Of a stretch of 64,000 bases of DNA, positions 8,878-16,705 are shown piece by piece. The first letter of the stretch is position 1. Each line of letters begins with the position of its first letter. The stretch covers positions 143,827 through 207,826 of the forward strand of contig JBGAUV010000001.1 in NCBI GenBank assembly GCA_044228445.1, given 5' to 3'. Under the pieces are notes generated by a model. That model had not been told where the DNA came from. It saw only the letters and a list, made by a program, of their open reading frames with translations, and made no database searches. The translations under genes and the position numbers were made by a program. The DNA comes from Minisyncoccia bacterium. Its GTDB lineage: Bacteria; Patescibacteriota; Minisyncoccia; Phycocordibacterales; PALSA-1337.

Positions 8878-9738
8878 ATGAAAAAACTATTTTTGTTTGG
8901 GGCGAGTAGCGTCTTTGTCCTTTTTCTTACTGTACTTTTCTTTTCCTCGACACCTACGGAACAGGGGATTAAGGCACTGGAGAGTAAGTCTACACTTGTA
9001 AGCGAAGCGACAATTCCTTCCGTTGCACCAATTGCAGAAGGTCCGAAGGTTTATTCTGTGGTAAGTGTAATTGATGGTGATACTTTGAAAATAAGTATGA
9101 ATGGTAAAGAGGAGACTCTTCGTCTGATCGGTATTGATACCCCGGAGACAGTTGATCCACGAAAGACGGTGCAGTGTTTTGGAAAAGAAGCATCAAACAA
9201 AGCAAAGGAGTTGCTGGTCGGTAAGAGGGTTCGCATTGAAGTTGATCCTACACAAGGGGAACGAGATAAGTATGATCGTCTGCTCGTTTACATTCATCGT
9301 GAGGATGGGCTTTTTTACAACAAACATATGATCGAGCAGGGATATGCTCATGAGTATACTTACAACACCCCCTACATATATCAAGCTGAATTCAAAGCTG
9401 CTCAAGCTAGAGCTCGTACGAACCAGAAAGGACTATGGTCTCCAGCAACCTGTAATGGAGATACAACATCTAGCCCGATTGTTTTGACTCCTCCGCCCAC
9501 ACAAAGCCCCGCGGTAGCCCCTACACCTGCACCTACAGTATCACCTGTTCAAGAGCCTGCATCTGCTCCTCAATCAGTGGGGAAGTATTACACTTCTTCT
9601 TACGGCAGTTCCAAATACTACTACCCAGAAGCGTGTGGTGGTTGGAAAAGTCTCTCGCCGAAGTATTTAAAATCCTTTGACTCGCTAGAGGCGTTACTCG
9701 CCACATATTCGCGAACAAAAAGCCCTCAGTGTCAGTAG
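8878..9738 (+). CDS. Secreted/membrane-anchored thermonuclease (staphylococcal nuclease fold) with Pro-rich linker and C-terminal Cys-containing Ada-like metal-binding motif
   Basis: N-terminal TM/signal; SNase motifs VIDGDT and RLIGIDTPE; C-terminus KYYYPEAC...FDSLEALLATYSRTKSPQC. Confidence 0.85.
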   Translation: MKKLFLFGASSVFVLFLTVLFFSSTPTEQGIKALESKSTLVSEATIPSVAPIAEGPKVYSVVSVIDGDTLKISMNGKEETLRLIGIDTPETVDPRKTVQCFGKEASNKAKELLVGKRVRIEVDPTQGERDKYDRLLVYIHREDGLFYNKHMIEQGYAHEYTYNTPYIYQAEFKAAQARARTNQKGLWSPATCNGDTTSSPIVLTPPPTQSPAVAPTPAPTVSPVQEPASAPQSVGKYYTSSYGSSKYYYPEACGGWKSLSPKYLKSFDSLEALLATYSRTKSPQCQ

Positions 9739-9898
9739 GGCAGTATTCAGGATATTTCTGACCCATTAGTTTCTTTGTGAAGTCTTCATTCTGAAATAAC
9801 GCGCTTCGCATCCTGGATTCCCGAGTCTTTTAAAAAGATGACCCTTGAATTCCAGATTTAAGGACCATTCACGCAGGTGTGTGACCCTTTCTGGTTAC

Positions 9899-10417
9899 CT
9901 AGATTGGATCAGGTTCGTGTATTTTTCCCTGAACTCTTTCTCTCGCTTCTTCAAATGATTTGTTGTCAGTGGGAGGAGAGTATCGGACGATATCGTTATA
10001 TCGATCATGTATGTGTCTTGTCGCAGTTTCGAGTTCTTTATCGGTCATTGCTTTCGAAAACGTATCTCTAAGAGACCTTACATCCTGTTTGAGAGTCGTA
10101 AAATTCTTTGCGGCATTCAAGTGATCGTAATATTCCTTGAGTGGATTTAGTACGCTACCAACTGCGGCGACGACCGCAGAGATGACGCCTAGCCAAACGA
10201 CCCATTCAGGTGCATCTTTTATTCCAATATATGTACCAGATACAGCAGCAATAACAGCCGGAATCGTCTGGAATCTTGTGAGTCGTCGTCGTTGTTTATC
10301 CGCGATGACATGATGAGTTTCAGCAGTATAAACGCAATTTTGATATATCACCTCGCATTCTTCTGTGTATGTTTCTTTCATGATAGTGGAATTAATTCTC
10401 CGAATATTTTTCTCCAC
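9899..10417 (-). CDS. 2TM effector with SLATT-like architecture (predicted membrane-disrupting partner of the SMODS cyclase)
   Basis: Soluble N-terminal region, two adjacent TM helices (IPAVIAAVSGTYIGI / WVVWLGVISAVVAAVGSVL) and a conserved C-terminal helix; overlaps the upstream cyclase gene by 40 nt in an operon. Confidence 0.55.
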   Translation of the reverse strand: MEKNIRRINSTIMKETYTEECEVIYQNCVYTAETHHVIADKQRRRLTRFQTIPAVIAAVSGTYIGIKDAPEWVVWLGVISAVVAAVGSVLNPLKEYYDHLNAAKNFTTLKQDVRSLRDTFSKAMTDKELETATRHIHDRYNDIVRYSPPTDNKSFEEARERVQGKIHEPDPI

Positions 10418-11304
10418 GCTAGGTGTTTTCCCGCATCGGTTGAGGCGGTAAGAGCGTCACGACTATGGTATTTCAAATATTCCAATGCTTGTAAAACCTC
10501 TAGTTTTGTTGCAAGGTCTATTCGAATTACCGGAGAATTACTCCCTGGGATTGAGAGGTGATTATCCAGATAAGATTCGATATTGTGGATGAATCCAGCC
10601 ACAATTGCAGGGTACGTCACAAGTATAGCGTTCTTTTTGCAGCCTGCAATGATCTCGGGTACGAGCTTCGTGGCCATTATTTCAATTGGGAATGACTTGA
10701 GAGAAGGGAAGTATTCTCGCCGGATTGCCTTCATCATTTTTATTACTGGAGTAAGAATTCCACCCGTTTGGTTATTTACAGCCGAAATGTATTCGGCGTC
10801 ATGATCGTAGTCAGCCAATTCCCATGTTCCAAGGCTGTTTGGTATCCAGTAACCTCTACCTTTCGGACTATGAATAATTCCGTTTGGAGAATGTCCAATA
10901 TTATCGATGTATGCAGGTACAATTTCTACTTTGACGTTATTTGCATATTCGAAAGTGACGGTGGGGTGATCTTGTTGTGGTGACATGGCACCGTACCGTT
11001 CGCTTTCTCGCACGATTGAATGAACATGATCCATCGCCATTTGAGCGGTAACACCGCCTGGACCCCAACGATCAAATTGACCGAGTACAACCAGGATATC
11101 AATATCGAAAGCGTCGTCTTCTCGTGGCTGTATTCTCGTCTTTCGATAGTTGTGGAGAGAACCAATCAATTTGGTGTCTTTGATGTTTTGACCATTATTT
11201 TCAATAACGCCCCTGACAGCGTTGTGCTGCCGTGATATGGTTTCACTAAACGTGTCGGTCAGTTCAAGATTCGCTTTCAGTTTTAAAAAGGTATCAGTGA
11301 TCAT
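10378..11304 (-). CDS. SMODS/CD-NTase-like nucleotidyltransferase (cyclic oligonucleotide synthase, CBASS-type)
   Basis: Pol-beta NTase signature G-S-x14-D-x-D: LIGSLHNYRKTRIQPREDDAFDIDILVV; ~300 aa single domain; directly followed by the 2TM effector. Confidence 0.7.
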   Translation of the reverse strand: MITDTFLKLKANLELTDTFSETISRQHNAVRGVIENNGQNIKDTKLIGSLHNYRKTRIQPREDDAFDIDILVVLGQFDRWGPGGVTAQMAMDHVHSIVRESERYGAMSPQQDHPTVTFEYANNVKVEIVPAYIDNIGHSPNGIIHSPKGRGYWIPNSLGTWELADYDHDAEYISAVNNQTGGILTPVIKMMKAIRREYFPSLKSFPIEIMATKLVPEIIAGCKKNAILVTYPAIVAGFIHNIESYLDNHLSIPGSNSPVIRIDLATKLEVLQALEYLKYHSRDALTASTDAGKHLAWRKIFGELIPLS

Positions 11305-11305
11305 T

Positions 11306-11578
11306 TTAGAGGTAGTTTTTTAACCAAGTTACAGTATCGGAATCGATACTCTTCGTAGCCCAATCGCATTTTGTGATGTCAATTGCAATAAGCTTGTCAT
11401 TTGTATCTAAATGAAGCTTGGCCGCATCTCGCACTTGTCCGGCGGTGTAGGAGGTTTTTAAAAGCCAGACAGATTCGACGGGTCTTGCATAGCCACTATA
11501 GGTTTTAAGATGCTTCCATAGTTCGGAGTAGTCCTTTCCGGGCTTTCGAAGATCGTATGATATGAGTATTGTGTTCAT
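11306..11578 (-). CDS. Small alpha/beta protein with Cas2/VapD-like sequence pattern; first gene of the SMODS operon
   Basis: ILISYDLRKPGKDYSELWKHLKTYSGYARPVESVWLL follows the YD[IL]..(K/R)..L..yG.R...SV[FW] pattern of Cas2-fold proteins; stop is 2 nt before the cyclase start. Confidence 0.3.
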   Translation of the reverse strand: MNTILISYDLRKPGKDYSELWKHLKTYSGYARPVESVWLLKTSYTAGQVRDAAKLHLDTNDKLIAIDITKCDWATKSIDSDTVTWLKNYL

Positions 11579-11708
11579 GTGTTATGATTTGGTGAATAAA
11601 TAATCAAAGGGTGAGGTTCCCAACTGGGAAGATTACTCTCTGTTGAATATAGTTTATCAAAATGATTAATAATTTGTCAAATCACTTTGAAAAAGGTATG
11701 ATATCTAC

Positions 11709-12050
11709 ATGAAAAATGAATCAAATAAGGCTTCCTCAATAGGAGGGCAAATTAGACAGGCGCGCGAAGAAATGAATATGTCGCAATTGGACTTGGCTAA
11801 GGCGACAGGATTTGAGTCAGCCACTGCCATTTCTCTCATGGAAAGCGATCAGAGAAAAGTGACAATCGATACTTTACAGAAACTCGGGGATGTTCTTCAT
11901 AAAGATATAAAATATTTTCTTGGGGCAGAAGAAAAGCCAACAGTGACTACCGAGTTTGCGTTAAGAGCAGATCCTCATCTAAACAAAGAAGACAAAGAGG
12001 CACTTCTTCATCTTATTGATTTGGCTAAGAAGCGTAAAAATGGAAAATAA
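11709..12050 (+). CDS. XRE-family HTH transcriptional regulator (ImmR-like)
   Basis: IRQAREEMNMSQLDLAKATGFESATAISLMESDQRKVTIDTLQKLGDVL is a Cro/C1-type HTH. Confidence 0.8.
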   Translation: MKNESNKASSIGGQIRQAREEMNMSQLDLAKATGFESATAISLMESDQRKVTIDTLQKLGDVLHKDIKYFLGAEEKPTVTTEFALRADPHLNKEDKEALLHLIDLAKKRKNGK

Positions 12051-12540
12051 CATTGATGACCTCGGTCCTCGTAAAAAATTCGCAAAAGGTCTCGCAGAGA
12101 AGCTTTTAAAAGATGTTGGAATTACGGAAGTTCCTGTTTCGTTGCAGATAGTAATAGAGTATCTTCAAACCCAGTATGACCTCGATGTGCGAAAAGTCTC
12201 GTTGAGTAATGCCGTCTCCGGATTACTAGTAACTTGTAGAGACGTCGATGGAGAATATTCCACGATCATTTTTAATGAAAATCATCCTTGGTGCAGGAAG
12301 AGATTTACGATTGCACATGAAATTGGTCACCTATTGATGGGTCATACTTGTAATAAAAATGATCCCACAGCCACTTATAATGAAAAGGAAGCAAATTGCT
12401 TTGCGGCGGAACTTCTCGTGCCATGTAAGATTTTAAAAAAGACCTTTAAAACTGTCACTAAAATTCCTGACCTATCAAAACTTTTTAGGGTTAGTGCTGA
12501 AACGATGGGATATCGAATAATGGAATGTCGTCTAATTTAA
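12040..12540 (+). CDS. ImmA/IrrE-family metallopeptidase (COG2856; anti-repressor protease)
   Basis: HEIGHLLMGH (HExxH) and downstream EANCFAAELLVP; start chosen at internal ATG (MENNIDD) overlapping the XRE gene by 11 nt. Confidence 0.75.
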   Translation: MENNIDDLGPRKKFAKGLAEKLLKDVGITEVPVSLQIVIEYLQTQYDLDVRKVSLSNAVSGLLVTCRDVDGEYSTIIFNENHPWCRKRFTIAHEIGHLLMGHTCNKNDPTATYNEKEANCFAAELLVPCKILKKTFKTVTKIPDLSKLFRVSAETMGYRIMECRLI

Positions 12541-12542
12541 AG

Positions 12543-13043
12543 TTAATCAGTAGAGATAATCTTAGGCATCAGTCTCGCCCATTTTTTCGTACTGCTCTCT
12601 TTTGATGCTGGAATCATCATTAGCTCAGGCTTTTCAAAACTAGTTGATTCTTCTATAAAAAATAAAGCCGAGTCCCATTTCATAATGGTATTTGCTGCTG
12701 CAATTCGTTCGCTTTGTGTGGTGGAGCGGACCTCACCGAAGCTGGTTATCTGCTTTCCTTTGACTATATCAACCAATTCATCCGTAAGAAGGCGGTGGCG
12801 CTCCCTAAGTGCAGTCAAGCGTGCCTCCCTTGTCTGTCTACCCACTAATTCAATATTTTCTTTTCGAACTTTGGATACGAGACGTGAGACATAGTGCCAA
12901 TCAAGAGTACCACCATTTACATTTCTATATCCCACAAGGTAGAGCTGAACCCGTAGTTTTTGGACCGAGATAAGTGGATGAAGAGCCAACTCATCTCTTA
13001 TTGTACTTTTTATTCCGTCTTCTACTTCTGGTTGTTTTCTCAT
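12543..13043 (-). CDS. Hypothetical protein (island cargo, immediately downstream of the integrase gene, overlapping it by 4 nt)
   Basis: ORF only; no recognisable motif. Confidence 0.3.
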   Translation of the reverse strand: MRKQPEVEDGIKSTIRDELALHPLISVQKLRVQLYLVGYRNVNGGTLDWHYVSRLVSKVRKENIELVGRQTREARLTALRERHRLLTDELVDIVKGKQITSFGEVRSTTQSERIAAANTIMKWDSALFFIEESTSFEKPELMMIPASKESSTKKWARLMPKIISTD

Positions 13044-13969
13044 TTAAGTTCGTGGTTATTCGCGGTTATTAATGGCGTAATGTCGTTGAGAGGGTGCTTT
13101 ACCATCTGCGACCTCAGGTGTTCTGCACTTGCTGCCAAGTAGATCGTTGTAGTCTTTATATCACTATGACCCATCATTTTTGAGAGGGAATAGATGTCAC
13201 AGCCTCCTTCGAGCATTAAGGTGGCGAAGGTGTGTCGTAGCTTATGAACGCTGAACGCTGTCCCTGAAGCCTGCCGCATCTGCGCCACCAGTCTTTTTAA
13301 ACCATTTGCAGTGAATCCTGTATCTCTTCGAAGGGAAGAAAAGAATTCTGGATTTACTTTATTGAGTCTCTTTCTTTCCTCCACGTACTTCTTCAGACTT
13401 TGAGCAAGGGTGTAGCTTATTGGCACGATCCGGTCTTTCGCTCCTTTGCCTTGCCTCACAAAGAGAGTGAGATTGTCCAGATCGATATCTGTATATTTTA
13501 AATTCAAGAGTTCCTGCTTACGGAGACCAGCAAAAATGAAGGTTGCGAATATGGCGTGGTTTCTATAGCGAAGGAATTTATACTCATAGGGGTAGTTATA
13601 GACTATCTCGAGAAGCCTGAGAGTGCTTTGCTGTGAGAGTTTGGGAGGTAACCGTTTCTCCATCTTTGGTTTTTCAATATTCAAGATGGGATTTTTCTCC
13701 ATGTAGCCTTGCTTTACGCACCAGCGAAAGAAAACTAGAAGTGATTTGTGGTAGACGATATAAGTATTTACAGTCCACTTCCGCTCTGTACGGCCGCGAT
13801 AAAATAAAGCTCGTATATTCTCTTCATTCACATCATTTAAATTCGTGATTCCTGAAAACTTACTGAAGCACCTCGTTACATATCTGTATCTCCGTATGGT
13901 GTCTTTGGAATAACCTCGGATTGATAGGGAGTAGTCACAGAATTTCTGCGACAAAATTTCAATATCCAT
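13040..13969 (-). CDS. Tyrosine-type site-specific recombinase/integrase (tRNA-proximal)
   Basis: ...HKLRHTFATLMLEGGCDIYSLSKMMGHSDIKTTTIYL... (R..H..R..Y); 5' end lies 118 bp from the tRNA-Lys 3' end. Confidence 0.9.
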   Translation of the reverse strand: MDIEILSQKFCDYSLSIRGYSKDTIRRYRYVTRCFSKFSGITNLNDVNEENIRALFYRGRTERKWTVNTYIVYHKSLLVFFRWCVKQGYMEKNPILNIEKPKMEKRLPPKLSQQSTLRLLEIVYNYPYEYKFLRYRNHAIFATFIFAGLRKQELLNLKYTDIDLDNLTLFVRQGKGAKDRIVPISYTLAQSLKKYVEERKRLNKVNPEFFSSLRRDTGFTANGLKRLVAQMRQASGTAFSVHKLRHTFATLMLEGGCDIYSLSKMMGHSDIKTTTIYLAASAEHLRSQMVKHPLNDITPLITANNHELK

Positions 13970-14087
13970 GTTTTTTCTCGACGAATACTTATCCCCAGTT
14001 TATTTTGACCCTACGGCCTGTTCACCGCAGGAGGTGGTCGTTCAAAATCTCTCTTTTTCCGAATCAGCCCTAGAAATATAACGAATG

Positions 14088-14160
14088 TGCGCCTAGTTGG
14101 AATCGAACCAACGACCCACTCCTTAAAAGGGAGATGCTCTACCAACTGAGCTATAGGCGC
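14088..14160 (-). tRNA. tRNA-Lys (anticodon UUU)
   Basis: Reverse complement GCGCCTATAGCTCAGTTGGTAGAGCATCTCCCTTTTAAGGAGTGGGTCGTTGGTTCGATTCCAACTAGGCGCA; anticodon loop CUUUUAA; good acceptor/D/T arms. Confidence 0.9.
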
Positions 14161-14336
14161 ATTTAATTTACTTACTAACTTTAAACCATACTACCATAGT
14201 TTGTTCTGGTCCTACCAAAACAGCTATAGGCGCATTTATTTATTTGTAAAAATACAATTTAACTTCTATAACCGTCGCTTGTCTACCAAAACAGCTACAG
14301 GCGCATTGAAACACAACAAAAAAGAATATACCTTTT

Positions 14337-14698
14337 TTATAACGGTAAGTCAAAAGCAAATGTACCCGCACCACTTACTATAAGACAAAAAGATATAATA
14401 AGTAGAATTATATAATAATTAACTCCATCAGTAAGAAATGCTTTCTCTTTTAACTTACCGTAGAGCTTTATACCAAAATATATAAATGAAACTATACCTG
14501 CTAGTTGAACAAATAGACCAAAAATGAAGAGTAAACCTAGTACACCAAATAGGATTGAATATACTGCTTCAGAACTCTTGGTTTTTACTTTCCATGTTTT
14601 ATATGCCCAATGAATAAAGATAAAACCTAGTGTTAAACGTAGTAAAAATGGGGCAAGTTGTTCAAAAGCTAATAATCCTGGAAGTAGTGAAAGCATGT
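14337..14698 (-). CDS. DoxX-family membrane protein
   Basis: LRLTLGFIFIHWAYKTWK... is DoxX-like with 3-4 TM; start placed at the internal Met to avoid overlap with the divergent neighbour. Confidence 0.45.
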
Positions 14699-14731
14699 TG
14701 ATGTTTATAAAATCTAATATATAGTAGGGAT

Positions 14732-15214
14732 ATGATAACACAAAAGCCAGAGATTTGTCTCGCTTTAAACAATATACGCAGTACTCATAATGTTGGGTCA
14801 ATATTTAGAACTGCTGATGGTGTAGGAATAAAGAAGATCTATATATGCGGGGTAAGTCCAAGTCCTGTAGATCGCTTTGGTCGTGAAAGGAAAGATCTGG
14901 CAAAGGTGGCATTGGGTGCTGAAAAGACCATTGTTTGGGAATATTGTAAGGATATAAAAGATTTAATTGAAATAAAAAAGAAACAAGGATTTGAAATTTT
15001 TGCTTTAGAACAAAATGAAAATTCAGTTGATTATAAAGATGTAAAAATCGTGAAAGATACACTTATAATCCTTGGAGAAGAGACAAGGGGTATAGATAAA
15101 GAAATATTAAATATGTGTAATAAAATAGTAGAGATTCCAATGAGAGGGAATAAAGAATCACTAAATGTTTCGGTGGCCTCAGGTGTCTTACTCTATCGTT
15201 TGCTTGATAAATAA
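14732..15214 (+). CDS. SpoU/TrmH-family RNA 2'-O-methyltransferase (TrmL-like size)
   Basis: IRSTHNVGSIFRTADGVG ... LILGEETRGI ... ESLNVSVASGVLLY (SPOUT motifs). Confidence 0.85.
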   Translation: MITQKPEICLALNNIRSTHNVGSIFRTADGVGIKKIYICGVSPSPVDRFGRERKDLAKVALGAEKTIVWEYCKDIKDLIEIKKKQGFEIFALEQNENSVDYKDVKIVKDTLIILGEETRGIDKEILNMCNKIVEIPMRGNKESLNVSVASGVLLYRLLDK

Positions 15215-15255
15215 TTATATTGACATTGTATATACATTGTATATACTTATATTAT

Positions 15256-15540
15256 ATGTCAATAATTAATGATTCAATAATAAGTATTCGTATTGATAAA
15301 GACACAAAAGCTAAAGCACAGAAAGTTGTAGAGAGTATTGGTCTTGATATATCATCAGCTATAAAGGCTTTTTTAACCAAAGTAATTCAGACCGAATCCA
15401 TACCTTTCAATTTAGAAAATAAAGGAGTATTGAATAATCCTAAATTTATTTTAGATATAAAAAAAGAGAGTTTATATACAAAAAGACATGGAAAGAGGTT
15501 TTCTTCAACAAAAGAAATGTTAAATGATATACTCAAATAA
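15256..15540 (+). CDS. Type II antitoxin, DinJ/RelB family
   Basis: ISIRIDKDTKAKAQKVVESIGLDISSAIKAFLTKVI; abuts the toxin gene. Confidence 0.7.
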   Translation: MSIINDSIISIRIDKDTKAKAQKVVESIGLDISSAIKAFLTKVIQTESIPFNLENKGVLNNPKFILDIKKESLYTKRHGKRFSSTKEMLNDILK

Positions 15541-15821
15541 TGCCGTATGAATTATCTTATACTTCAAAATTTAGAAAATCACTTAAAAAGATAGTTTTAT
15601 CTGGAAAATTTAAAATTGAATTGCTTGAAACTGTTTTAAATATATTAAAAGAGAGAAGTCTTTTACCGGAAAAATACAAGGATCATGAATTAAATGGAAA
15701 ATTAAAAGGTTTGAGAGAGTGCCATATAAAAGGTGATCTGTTATTAATTTATGAAGTAGATAAAGACGAAAGATTAATAATATTACATGAAATAGGCTCA
15801 CACTCTTATTTATTTGGATAG
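15540..15821 (+). CDS. Type II toxin, YafQ/RelE-family mRNA interferase
   Basis: KDHELNGKLKGLRECHIKGDLLLIYEVDKDERLIILHEIGSHSYLF. Confidence 0.75.
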   Translation: MPYELSYTSKFRKSLKKIVLSGKFKIELLETVLNILKERSLLPEKYKDHELNGKLKGLRECHIKGDLLLIYEVDKDERLIILHEIGSHSYLFG

Positions 15822-16682
15822 TTTTTGGTGTTTGTTGCAGTAATGAGTTGACCTAGTACCTAGAACTATTCTTTCTATAATTCCATCACAGTTTTTCATT
15901 AAACAATTTTTTCCTTTTCTTTTATATACCATATGTTGTTCTTGAAACTTACCTCTTTTTCCATGAATATTTCTATAATCAGACATTGAATCACCTCCAA
16001 AATCAATTCCTTTTTTTAAGGTAGTTTTAATTGCATTATATAAATCCCTCATTTTATCTTCAGGAATTTTATTTACTATACTTCTTGGGTCTATACTTGA
16101 ACGACAAAGACTTTCATCGGCATAAATATTTCCAATACCAGCAATTATTGTTTGATCCATTAAAACAAGTTTGATTTTTCCATTAGGTTTTCTATTTATA
16201 CAATTTAAAAACTTTTTGAAAGTAAAACTTTTTTCAAGTGGTTCTGGACCAATATCTTTTAAATGATCTGATAAATGAAGTGTATCAGTAGGGATTAAAC
16301 TTACTTTTGCAAACCTTCTTGTATCACATAGTTCCAGAGTTTTTCCATTTGATAGATTAAATATAAGTCTAATAAAACGATTATATGGATCATTTTTATC
16401 ATAATCCCCATAAAGCAAATGCCCAGTCATTTTCATATGAATAAGTATTGTTTTATTATCTGAAAGATTTATAAGGACATTTTTTGCTCTTCTATTTACA
16501 CTTATTATTTCTTTATTTAAAATCTCTTTTTTAAAATATTTAAAGAAATTAGGGTCTTTTATATTATCTTTACCCTTAAAATATGAGCTTTTATAGTCAT
16601 TCCAAATATCGACTATTTTAAGTCCCGGTAGAACACTATGTAATCCACTAGCTGTGGTTTGTACTTCTGGTAATTCTGGCAT
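15810..16682 (-). CDS. mutM: Formamidopyrimidine-DNA glycosylase (Fpg/Nei family)
   Basis: N-terminal MPELPEV; C-terminal zinc finger CLMKNCDGIIERIVLGTRSTHYCNKHQ. Confidence 0.9.
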   Translation of the reverse strand: MPELPEVQTTASGLHSVLPGLKIVDIWNDYKSSYFKGKDNIKDPNFFKYFKKEILNKEIISVNRRAKNVLINLSDNKTILIHMKMTGHLLYGDYDKNDPYNRFIRLIFNLSNGKTLELCDTRRFAKVSLIPTDTLHLSDHLKDIGPEPLEKSFTFKKFLNCINRKPNGKIKLVLMDQTIIAGIGNIYADESLCRSSIDPRSIVNKIPEDKMRDLYNAIKTTLKKGIDFGGDSMSDYRNIHGKRGKFQEQHMVYKRKGKNCLMKNCDGIIERIVLGTRSTHYCNKHQKLSK

Positions 16683-16705
16683 ACAATTCTTATATCATAT
16701 TTCAT

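Larger units (their letters stand above)
3043..14160. mobile_element. tRNA-Lys-targeted integrative genomic island (~11.1 kb) with two tyrosine recombinases and mosaic GC content
   Basis: Intact tRNA-Lys at one end (14088..14160), a 45-bp copy of its 3' end at the other (3043..3087), and integrase genes just inside both ends; cargo GC ranges from ~35% to ~55% against a ~30% host. Confidence 0.8.
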
